Origin: Octopus vulgaris
Lineage: Eukaryota
Assembly: GCA_951406725.2 (NCBI GenBank)
Contig: OX597817.1
Location: 37,758,001-37,822,000 of the forward strand
Length of the DNA: 64,000 nt
Direction of reading: 5' to 3'
Shown: piece by piece, positions 53,966 to 64,000 of the stretch
Layout: each line of letters opens with the position of its first letter
Position numbering within the stretch: position 1 is the first letter of the stretch
Made by a program: the position numbers and the translations under genes
The notes under the pieces: generated by a model
The model's database searches: none
What the model saw: the letters and a program-made list of their open reading frames with translations, nothing else
Told to the model about the DNA's origin: nothing

Positions 53966-54309
53966 CTGGCACCGCGTGGCACCATGGGCAAGTGTCTTCT
54001 ACAATAGCCTCGGGCCGACCAAAGCCTTGTGAGTGGATTTGGTAGACGGAAACTGAAAGAAGCCCGTCGTATATATGTATATGTATGTATATGTGTGTGT
54101 GCGTGTATGTTTGTGTTTGTCCCCCTAGCATTGCTTGACAACTGATGCTGGTGTGTTTATGTCCCCGTCACTTAGGGGTTCGGCAAAAGAGACTGATAGA
54201 ATAAGTACTGGGCTTACAAAGAATAAGTCCCGGGGTCGAGTTGCTCGATTAAAGGCGGTGCTCCAGCATGGCCGCAGTCAAATGACTGAAACAAGTAAAA
54301 GAGTAAGAG
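53966..54309 (+). mobile_element. Family B SINE, 5'-truncated
   Basis: Core, microsatellite and tail intact. Confidence 0.85.
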
Positions 54310-54527
54310 TATTAAAATGTAAAGTGGTTGGTGGGTGTAGGTGCAGCTCTGTAGTTGAGAAGCTAGCATCTCAACAATGTGTTGTGTCTAGTCCTACTGT
54401 GTAGCAGCTTGGGCAAGAGTTTTCTACTATAGCTTCAGGCTAACCAAAGCCTTGTGAGTGGGTTTTATAGATGGAAACTGAGAGATTACTGTCATACAGA
54501 CACACACATGTATGCATGTGTACATAT

Positions 54528-54720
54528 AGGGAGAATTCACCAAAAAACAAAAGACGAAGACAGGTGGTGTAGACAACAAACAGATGTATTAGTATAATGC
54601 TCGGGAAGTGAAAAAATCTTTAACGTTTCGAGCCTATGCTCTTCCACAGAAAAGAACACAGAAAGAAACAAGGAGAGAAAATAAAGAATGTGTAGTGGCT
54701 AGTGATCTATCATGGTGAAT
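54528..54720 (-). mobile_element. Solo PLE terminal repeat with minimal hammerhead variant
   Basis: Reverse complement similar to 44231-44441; minus strand CTGTGGA A GAGC-atag-GCTC GAAA CGTT AAAGA; TA-flanked. Confidence 0.8.
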
Positions 54721-54735
54721 GATTACATATATATA

Positions 54736-54782
<47 letters not shown>

Positions 54783-55218
54783 TGAAAGGAGACCCCAAAA
54801 TGCTGAAAGGTGGTGCTCCGGCATGGCCCCAACCTCTGACTAAAACCAGTAAAAGAATATATATATATATGTATACATACATACATACATACATATGTGT
54901 GTGCATGCATATATATATATGCATACACACACATACATAAGTATATATATAATACATATACACGTACATACATGCATGTATGCATACATACATACATATG
55001 TATGTATGTATTGTTTCAGTCATTAGACTGCAGGCACAATGGGGTACCACCTTGAAAAATTATTTAGTTAGCTGCATCAACCCCAGTACTTAATTTTTTA
55101 AGCCTGGTACTTATTTTATCTGTATCTTTTGCTGAACTGCTAGGCTATGAGGACATAAATACACCGGCACTGGTTGACAAGCCATGGTGGGGGACAAACA
55201 CACACACATGTATATATA

Positions 55219-55421
55219 GTTAATCCAAACAAGAAAGCACAAAAAAACACAACAACGCGAGGATATGGAACAAATATAGTATTATTGGACGCTCAGGAAA
55301 GAAGGAAAGAAGGAGGGTATAACGTTTCGAGTGGAGCTCTTCATCGGAAACATAGGAGAAGGAAAGATCCAGAGAAGGGAAGACAGAGGAAAAAAAATCG
55401 CCAACGATACACATGCGGTCA
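55219..55421 (-). mobile_element. ~200-bp PLE-terminal-repeat-like element with hammerhead variant
   Basis: Minus strand CCGATGA A GAG-ctcca-CTC GAAA CGTT; same family as 56783-56998. Confidence 0.75.
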
Positions 55422-55432
55422 TGTATATATAG

Positions 55433-55825
55433 ATGTAACATATGGTATAATTATAAACAGGGCAAATTTTAGCCATTTATTGAGACTGAAAAAAATTATG
55501 GACAACCTTAATCAGTTTCGAATCTTATTGGGTTCTTATCAGAGGCGTCTGATAAGTCTCCAGAGAAACATGCAGCCAAACAAATGCAGCAGTTACTCTA
55601 TGAAAGGGTCCCTAATTTGCATACTGAAAGTGTTTAACACTCTATAAATACCAGTGGCCTGTCAACGGGGATCTTAGTCCACACAGTATCAAGCTATGAT
55701 ATAATAAATATGTAACATATGGTATAATTATAAACAAGGCAAATTTTATCATTTCTCTGCGGACTGAAAAAAATGAACAACCTTAATTGATTTTCGAACC
55801 TTATTGGGTTCTCATCAGAGGTGTC
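55433..55825 (-). mobile_element. Retrozyme-like unit: ~116-bp direct repeats, each ending in a hammerhead, period ~277 bp
   Basis: 55433-55549 vs 55710-55825; TA-flanked; non-coding. Confidence 0.7.
55777..55825 (-). ncRNA. Minimal type-I hammerhead ribozyme
   Basis: Minus strand GACACCT CTGATGA GAACC-caataa-GGTTC GAAA ATCAAT TA AGGTTGT: canonical core, 5-bp stem II, ACCT/AGGT stem I, very short stem III. Confidence 0.75.
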
Positions 55826-55837
55826 ATATATATATAT

Positions 55838-56570
55838 ACCTATCATATCACTGTCTTCTTTACCCGCATGTCTAGTAACGTCATTTATTTCATCTCCTGC
55901 TCTTTCTGTCCTTCTCTGTAGATTAGTCAAACAGGATGCCGTTTGGCTGACCAGTTTGGGGAGCACCTCCGAGACATTAGACTCTCTCCTCTCTTGCCTT
56001 GACACCTACTTCCTCTCTTCACTCTTACCCATGTTCTCCCTTCATCGATATCCCCCTCCATCTACATCCCACCCCATTCATCCCACTCTCACATACCCCA
56101 CCCCTACCCACTACATCCTCACCCCCCTCACACCACATTACGCACCACATCACACCACCACACACACACTAGCACTGATCTCTTTCCAGCACCCACACCA
56201 TCATCCACACACCCATACATTACAGACTCACACACTTACACATGCACACATCCACACGTCAAAGTCACTAGCTCCTATCCACATGCACATATTTACACAC
56301 TCTCACATACACACATGCACAGGTTTTATTATCTCCACTTCTTCCTAGCTCTCCTGTCTAACTACCTTTGCCCAGCCAGTCGCCATGATTGACTGCTAAC
56401 TCCAAAAGTGCTTTTTATTCTCTTTCTGTTTATTTCCTTGTGCTCCTTTCTGTTGAAGAGCATAGGCTCAAAACATAAAAGACTCTCACCTTCCTCAGCA
56501 TCAATCTATTACACCTGCTTGTTTTTTATACACCTGTGTTTTCGTCTTTTATTTTTCTGTAAATTTCAAC
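55838..56570 (+). mobile_element. Degenerate PLE 3' fragment (GIY-YIG remnant, C-rich UTR, terminal repeat)
   Basis: SSNVIYFISCSFCPSL*ISQTGCRLADQFGEHLRDI matches 43170-43290; CTGTTGAAGAGCATAGGCTCAAAAC at ~56450. Confidence 0.82.
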
Positions 56571-56631
<61 letters not shown>

Positions 56632-56635
<4 letters not shown>

Positions 56636-56782
56636 TCATCATCATCATCATTTAACATCCGCTTTCCATGCTAGCATGGGTTGGACAATTTGACTGAGGA
56701 CTGGCAAACCTGATGGTTGCACCAGGCTCCAATCTGATCTGGCAGAGTTTCTACAGCTGGATGCCCTTCCTAATGCCAACCA
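56632..56782 (-). mobile_element. RTE 3'-tail element
   Basis: (CAT)n plus reverse complement of the RTE 3'UTR. Confidence 0.85.
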
Positions 56783-56998
56783 GTGACCCCGTGAGTACCG
56801 CTGCCGATTTTTTTTCCTCTGTCTTCCCTTCTCGGGATCTTTCCTTCTCCTATGTTTCCAACGAAGAGCTCCGCTTGAAACGTTAAACCCTCCTTCTTCC
56901 CTTCTTTCCTGAGCATCCAATAATAGTTTATTTGTTCCACGTCCTCACGTTGCTGTGTTTTTTTTTGTTTTTTTGTGTTTTCTTGTTTGGATTAACTT
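56783..56998 (+). mobile_element. ~210-bp PLE-terminal-repeat-like element (inverted relative to 55219-55421)
   Basis: Same start (TGACC.C.TG) and end (TTTGGATTAAC + TA) as the other copy; decayed hammerhead at ~56858-56887. Confidence 0.75.
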
Positions 56999-57619
56999 TA
57001 TATATATATGGCAAGAAGAAAATAGAAGGAATCCTGCCATGCAATAACCAACACTTGTGTATTAATTGGGTATTCTACCAGTAGTATGCTGGATAGATAC
57101 TATCCCTTAGTTGGTTGGATTCACAACCTCTAAATTATATTTATACATATATATGCATGACTGTGTGTGCATGTGTGTGTGTTTGTGTGTACCCTTGTTT
57201 TGACATTACATGATGATTATAAATGAACATATACTGTAGTTTATTTCTAGCTTTCCGTAGGAAATATGTCTGGCTTTATGAAATGGCATTTTGTTTGGAA
57301 GCAGGTAAGAGTTGATGAAGGAATGGTATCCAGCTATAGAAAACCTGCCTCGACAATTTCTGTCTTACCCATGCCAGCATGAAAAAGTGTATGTTAAATG
57401 ATGATGATAATGATGATGATGATGATGAAGATGATGATGATAATGATGATACTGGTATTAAGTAGAATGTCCAGTTGTAAGAACCATGCCAAACAATAAA
57501 GAATATTACAGAGAGTCCCCACCCCACTTAAAAGAGCAGTAATCACAAAGAGAGACTGGCTAAAATCATGACAACCCATCCAACCCACACCAGCATCGAA
57601 AATAGAAGTAAAATGTTAG

Positions 57620-58032
57620 TGATGATTTTGGTGATGATGATGATGGTGGTGGTGGTGGTGGTGGTGGTGGTGATGGTGACGATGATGATGATGATGGTGG
57701 TGATGATGGTGGTGATGATGGTGGTGATGATGGTGATGGTGATGACGATGATGGTGAGGATGAAGATGATGATGATGATGATGATGGTGATGAAGATGAT
57801 GGTGATGGTGATGGTGATGATAATGATGATGATGATGAGGAGGAGGAGGAGGAAAGTGGCGTTGATGGTGATGACGACAATGATGATGATGATGATAATG
57901 ACAACGGCGACAAGCATGACAACAACAACGCTAATGATGATGACGATGATGATAATGACAATAATAATGATGGTAATAATGATGATGGTAATAACAATGA
58001 TGACAAAATCAGTGATGAAGATGATGATAATA
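57620..58032. repeat. (GAT)n/(GGT)n compound microsatellite, expanded tail of an RTE-like 3' end
   Basis: Direct reading; source of the poly-M/poly-S ORFs. Confidence 0.92.
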
Positions 58033-58399
58033 GATGTGATCTGTGCTGCTTGTAATGGTTGACAATGAGAGGAAGGTCATACGGCTGTTCATATTACAAG
58101 GCAGTGAAACTGGATGGGAACTGTGACATTTTTATCAAAAAATACTCACACACATACATATTACATCCAGATACTGTTTGGACGACACTGAAGGAGACAT
58201 GAGTTTTCATATCTATGAAACAAAACCTAAAAGACAAGAGAAAAGAGACAGAAGTGGCAGAGGAGGATGCTGGCACTCCAGTAACAGTTGAAGCTATTCT
58301 TGTGTGAGTGGAGTTGATGACAATTACGACAAGAACTATGGCAACAGTGCCAGTGATATTAGGTAATAACTAGACAGAATACATATGTACACACACACA

Positions 58400-58462
58400 T
58401 AGAGGCAGAGAGACACAGACACATATGTATATACATATTGATATCTATAAAATTATGTATGT

Positions 58463-58532
<70 letters not shown>

Positions 58533-58615
58533 TTTATATATATATATATACATACACACACCTATATATATACATACATATATATTCATATATATATACA
58601 TAGATGCATGCATGA

Positions 58616-58685
<70 letters not shown>

Positions 58686-58808
58686 TATATATATACATAC
58701 ATATATTGATATATATATATATACATATACATACATATATATAGATATAGATATAGATATATACATATATATATACATATATATATATATATACATACAT
58801 AAACATAT

Positions 58809-58840
<32 letters not shown>
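58400..58840. repeat. (TA)n/(TG)n microsatellite block
   Basis: Direct reading. Confidence 0.95.
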
Positions 58841-58843
<3 letters not shown>

Positions 58844-60438
58844 GGTGCGTCACCATTTTATATTTTTATTTTCATGCATATGCATTGTTTGTTGACTACG
58901 TAGCATAGTAGGGTCAGTTGGGCATCATATGTGAGAAAGACAGCACCATGATGCAATTCACTCTGCCAGAAATTTGGAAATGACATGCTGTACTACTTGA
59001 TAGTCGCACCAAGAGCTCCAATACGAACATCTCAGATTGTTTGGGTGTCAATCAGAGGACAGTGCAGAGGATTTGAAAAGAGATGGATGAGTCTAATGGT
59101 GATTATGAAGGTATGGCAGCTCAGAAAACTAACTTTGATTGTTCTTATAAGAGGCCGATGCCAGCGCCGCCTCGACTGGCTTCAGTGCCGGTGACACGTA
59201 AAAAGCACCATCCGAACATGGCCGATGCCAGCGCCGCCTTGGCTGGCTTCCGTGCGGGTGGCACGTTAAAAGACCAACTGATCGTGGCCGATGCCGGACT
59301 CCCCTGGCACCTGTGCAGGTGGCACGTAAAAAGCACCCACTACACTCGCGGAGTGGTTGGCGTTAGGAAGGGCATCCAGCTGTAGAAACACTGCCAGATC
59401 AGACTGGAACCTGGTGAAGCCCCTGGCTTCCCAGACCCCGGTCGAACTGTCCAACCTGTGCTAGCGCGGAAAACAGATGTTAAACGATGATGATGATGAT
59501 GATGATGATTTAGACCATGATTGACAATGATCCCTCCAAATCAATCAGGTACATCATCAGGGTCATGGGAGTGTCTGAGTTTCTTATCAGGCAGGCAATA
59601 CATGAAGACATTTAGTATTCCTCATACAAGAGGAGAAAGGGCCAATTTTTATTCCAAGCCATCAAGGACAAGAGGATAGGTTGTACTATGAAGCTTTTGG
59701 AAAAACTCCAACCAAACATGCTTTGATTTTTCTCAGACAAGAAACATTTCTGCCAGGATCAGATGGTGGACACACAGAACAACGGATAGCTTGCTGTGAC
59801 TTGAAAACATGTACCAAGAGTGATAAAAATCAAACATCCAGTCAACATCATGGTGTTTGGAATGATCACTAGTGATGGCGATGTTATGCCTACATTCAAC
59901 TTCCCACATGGCCTCAGACTCAACATGGAGGCCTACATCAAGTGCCCGGAGGAGGCAATGCTTCCTTGGGTCAAGAGGGTGGCTGCTGGAAGACCCTGTG
60001 TCCGGCTACAGGACTCTGCATCATACTACACAAGCAGGAGAATCCAGTCATGGCCATCAGACAATTTCTGTGACCACATCGCCCCCTAACATCTGGCCAC
60101 CTAACTCCCCAGACTGTAACACTCTTGATTATTATGTGTGGGGTGCAGTTGAGTGAGAGACCAGCAAAACTCCTTGTAACACCAAAGATGAAGTGGAGGC
60201 AGGAATTATGGCAGCATTCATTAACTTAAATAAGGAGACTGTTCGGAAGAGTTACAGGAGATTCCAAAGTCATTTGGAGGCCGTGGTTGAAGCCAATGGC
60301 GATTTTATTGAATAAATGTATTATTATGTATTTCATGATATTTTTATGTAATTTTGGTAAATATGTGTTTTAAAATGAGATATCAGTGTTACTTTCATTT
60401 TTGCATAATTTAGATGACAATTTATTCACCATACTCTG
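58841..60438 (+). mobile_element. Degenerate Tc1/mariner-superfamily transposon, DD37D (maT-like)
   Basis: TA|CAGGGT start and ACTCTG end; KHPVNIMVFGMITSDG, QDSA..., WPPNSPDCNTLDYYVWG, with 37 aa between the last two Asp after one frameshift. Confidence 0.8.
59150..59508 (+). mobile_element. RTE 3'-tail element nested in the DD37D transposon
   Basis: Matches the RTE 3'UTR; (GAT)n tail. Confidence 0.88.
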
Positions 60439-60442
60439 TGTG

Positions 60443-60478
<36 letters not shown>

Positions 60479-60492
60479 TGTATGTATGTATG

Positions 60493-60542
<50 letters not shown>

Positions 60543-60589
60543 CAAGGAAAAATTATAAAAAGGCAGATGCATACATGTATATATATATG

Positions 60590-60623
<34 letters not shown>

Positions 60624-60731
60624 TACATGTGTATACACATATATACACATATATACACACATATATATATATATGCATATATATATACACACATGCATGC
60701 ATACATATACACATACATGCATACATACATA

Positions 60732-61372
60732 CAGTAGCAGCCATAAAATAAAGGTCAGTAAGAACGAGTTTATTGAAATAGTTACTATAGAGACTAGATA
60801 TTTTTTCACATATTTAGATTTACCTAATATCTATCTTCCGTGAAAATTTCAAGTGGATCGAATAAATATTTTGTAAGTTGTAAGGAAGTAAACAAATAAT
60901 CTTCCAAATGGCAGTGGCCAAAAGTTATGGGCCACTTAGAAAAAGTGAACTATTAACCGAAGTATTTATTGTTTAGAAGACTGTTAATGGGCTAACAGTT
61001 ACTTCTTATGGTCTTACATTATTAGAACATTCACGTGTCAGCATGGCGGCTTGTGAGAAATGACCGGTGTCCTGTGATGAAGAACAAAGGATTGTGTGCC
61101 TTCGCTGAGAGGCTAGTCCAATTTTGTGATAGCAACTACTGTAGGAAGGTCTAGAAGTGTTGTGCAACAAATTGTAGACTGTTTTAAGTCATCAGGATTG
61201 ACTGATGCTAAACCCAAAACCGGTAGACCTTGTAAAACTTCACCAAGACAGGAGCGTATAATGATTAGAATGTCACTGAAGGATAGGTTTAAGAGTGCTA
61301 CTGAGATATCCTGCAATAATAAATATTTCAATACATTTGTTCTTACTGATCCTTATATTATGGCCGCTACTG
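60732..61372 (+). mobile_element. Internally deleted Tc1-like element
   Basis: ~50-bp TIRs (CAGTAGCAGCCATAAAATAAAGGTCAGTAAGAAC / GTTCTTACTGATCCTTATATTATGGCCGCTACTG), TA on both sides, HTH remnant IATTVGRSRSVVQ...TGRPCKTSPRQERIMIR. Confidence 0.88.
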
Positions 61373-61534
61373 TACATACATACATACATACATACATACA
61401 TACATACATGCATGCATACATATAGGAATACATACATGCATACATATATATAAATACATATATACATACATACATACACATCTGTTTATCTACCTAAATA
61501 TGTATGTGTGTGTATGTGCACGTGTGTGTAAATA

Positions 61535-61617
<83 letters not shown>

Positions 61618-62069
61618 CCATATATTTGCATATATATTTATGTGTGCATATTGGACAGGTAGTTCTTAATAAGTATAAATATAATTAAGCAGTAAAACAG
61701 GAAAATCAGGAAAGTGTAGGTTCATAGTAGTGATATACCTGATCTGTAGTAGATATCCTGAAAGTTCATACTTGAATATCATAGATGAAAGAGAGAGAAG
61801 AGAATCTGAGTAGACCTTCATAGTAGTTCTTCATGGATGGGTAGATATCTAGAGAGTTCATTGATGAATCTCACAAATAAGAGTGTGGAAAATATGGGTA
61901 ATACTTGACAACTGTTACTAGGGTCTAGAGATTAGTAAGTGTAGAATTCTGTGTACATATTCATGAAGTAAATGGGTTTGTGATAACCCATCCAATACAA
62001 CATGCTGGCATGGAAAGCATACATAAAATGCAGATGATGAAAATGACTGATAGCAGTGTTGCACAGCTA

Positions 62070-62420
62070 GCACCTATGCCAGTGGTATATAACAAGCACC
62101 TTTTGAGCATTGGGCCTCAGGGAAGCAATGACAAATGACCAAGGCTTCTGGCAATATGCTGTGCTTGAATGGAAGACCCATCAAGCCAAGTGAAATTGAA
62201 GTTGTGGCAGATACTGGTGTCATGCAACTAGCACCCATGTTGGTGGCACATAAAAGCACCCATTACACTCTTGGAGTGGTCGGTATTAGGAAGGGTATCC
62301 AGCCATAGAAACTATACCAAATCAGACTAGTGTCTGGTGCAGCCCACAGCTTACTAGCCTTGGTCAAACCGTCCAACCCATGGCAGCATGGACAAGGGAT
62401 GTTAAATGATGATGATGATG
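62070..62420 (+). mobile_element. RTE 3'-tail element
   Basis: Matches 20540-20987; (GAT)n tail. Confidence 0.78.
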
Positions 62421-62439
62421 TGTGTGTGCACATGTTATC

Positions 62440-63213
62440 CTGCATGTGTAACCTAACACAATTAGAAAGAATCACAAAACATATCATTCATCACATGCAG
62501 TTTTCTGGCTACAGCCAAAGGGACAGGATCAGAATGTACAAAGGGGCCAGAGCTAAGTACACGGCTATCAGAGAGAATGCTGCAAATGGGATCTGCTTGC
62601 TATACAGGAGTAGATCCTGGAATAGCATAGAAAGGACCACAAAGAAGATAGATATGGTTAACTTAGTAATGTTACCCTTTGTGATAAACTAGCATATCTT
62701 TTTAGGAAAACCTTATATAATATGAATCTACAAAATAAAGTAGTAGAAAGGCCAGGGACCTCCATGATACACCTGATCTATAGAATATATCTATCTGAAA
62801 GGACCCCATGTATGGATAACAACTGTATAATATGTAGGATGAATCCACAAGTAAATTGTAAGATTAGGAATGTAGTCTATAGTATATGATGTACTGAGGA
62901 ACAGTGAAGAAACAGGTCAACATACATTGGAGAGACAGCACATAGCATAGGTGAGTGGATAGGTGGACACTGGCAGGAGCTCAAGGAGGTGAAAAGCCCA
63001 TCAGTTCTCTACGAACATGCCCAGTTAGAACATAGAAGCTTGGTTAATAGCATAGACATTAAAATATTATCAACAGGTGCAGGAGTGGCTGTGTGGTAAG
63101 TAGCTAGCTTACCAACCACATGGTTCCTTAGGCAAGTGTTTTCTACTATAGCCTTGGGTTGACCAAAGCCTTGTGAGTGGATCTGGTAGACAGAAACAGA
63201 AAGAAACCATCAC

Positions 63214-63274
<61 letters not shown>

Positions 63275-63600
63275 TATATATACATATATATATATGTATC
63301 ACTTAACCAATGTTGATGTATTTGCATCCCTGTAACTTAGTGGTTCAGCAAAAGAGACAGACAAAATAAGTACTAGGCTTACAAAGAATAAGACCTGGGG
63401 TTGATGTGTTCAACTAAAGGTGGTGCTCCAGCATGGCTGCAATCAAATGACTGAAACAAATAAAAGAGTATAGAACAGACACGAAACTTGAACAGTTTAC
63501 AGAGGCCACACACATTGTAATAGACAGACTAAGCCTCAACAGAAAACATGAATGGATTAATAATACTCCTCCCTTCTACTAGACTACATAACATGATTAC
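62440..63600 (+). mobile_element. Degenerate PLE of a second lineage (RT C-terminus + GIY-YIG), split by a SINE
   Basis: MQFSGYSQRDR..LYRSRSW, KIKVVERPG, C...C.IC...NCKIRNVVYSI.C...TYIGETAHS, LYEH...H, EA..I....LNRKHEW. Confidence 0.7.
63076..63469 (+). mobile_element. Family B SINE
   Basis: Head, (TA)n and tail. Confidence 0.85.
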
Positions 63601-64000
63601 TCTAGATAGAATGAGAGAAGGAAAAAGAGACACAGATATAAGCACTATAATAAATAAATCCATACACACACACACAAGATACACATACACATACTAAAGA
63701 CAGAATGAGAATAAATAATTACTGAATAAAAAAGCTAAGAAAACATCTAAAGGACATGGGTATAAACAGCATAGTAAACAAATCTATATACATGCACACA
63801 CAGCACACATACTAAACACATAGACATGTGCACACATGCATGCATGCACACACACACACCCACACATATACACACCGATGCAGAGGCAAATACATGTGCA
63901 AATAAGGGTATACACCACAGAAAGACAGAATGAGCAAAACAGAGCAGGAGGAGATATGTGGGATGGAGAGTCACCAGAAGAGTTCACAGGATGTGTGATG

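Noticed and set aside
58150-58226. Strong minus-strand acceptor (TCTTGTCTTTTAG) with a GTGAGT donor
   Set aside because: Peptide unrecognised and the donor lies in a TG repeat; not supportable without RNA data

Overview
Repeat-dense eukaryotic genomic DNA, most likely octopus (inferred from the SINE/RTE families and the very high microsatellite load; not verified by search). One complete 5-exon gene can be assembled on the + strand: CDS 390-577, 18072-18262, 24641-24976, 28120-28312 and 33022-33199. It has GT-AG introns with consistent phases, encodes about 361 aa, and matches NOXRED1 (Rossmann GxGxxG, P5CR-like). Two X-box-like (RFX) motifs lie upstream of the ATG. Most of the rest is mobile DNA: a near-intact RTE LINE with a PHD-type finger inside the RT, older RTE copies, three R4/Dong-like 3' fragments chained through (TAA)n, a 5'-truncated Penelope-like element (RT + GIY-YIG) and further PLE remnants, Tc1 and DD37D transposon relics, hAT MITEs and at least three tRNA-SINE families. 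The most unusual signal is a set of short non-coding, (TA)n-flanked elements carrying type-I hammerhead ribozyme motifs. They occur as fold-back palindromes with a ribozyme on each strand (24.1 kb, 49.7 kb), as a ~275-nt direct-repeat retrozyme-like unit (55.4-55.8 kb), and as solo ~200-bp PLE terminal repeats. Several sit in the internal microsatellite of one SINE family. All folds and alignments were done by eye.
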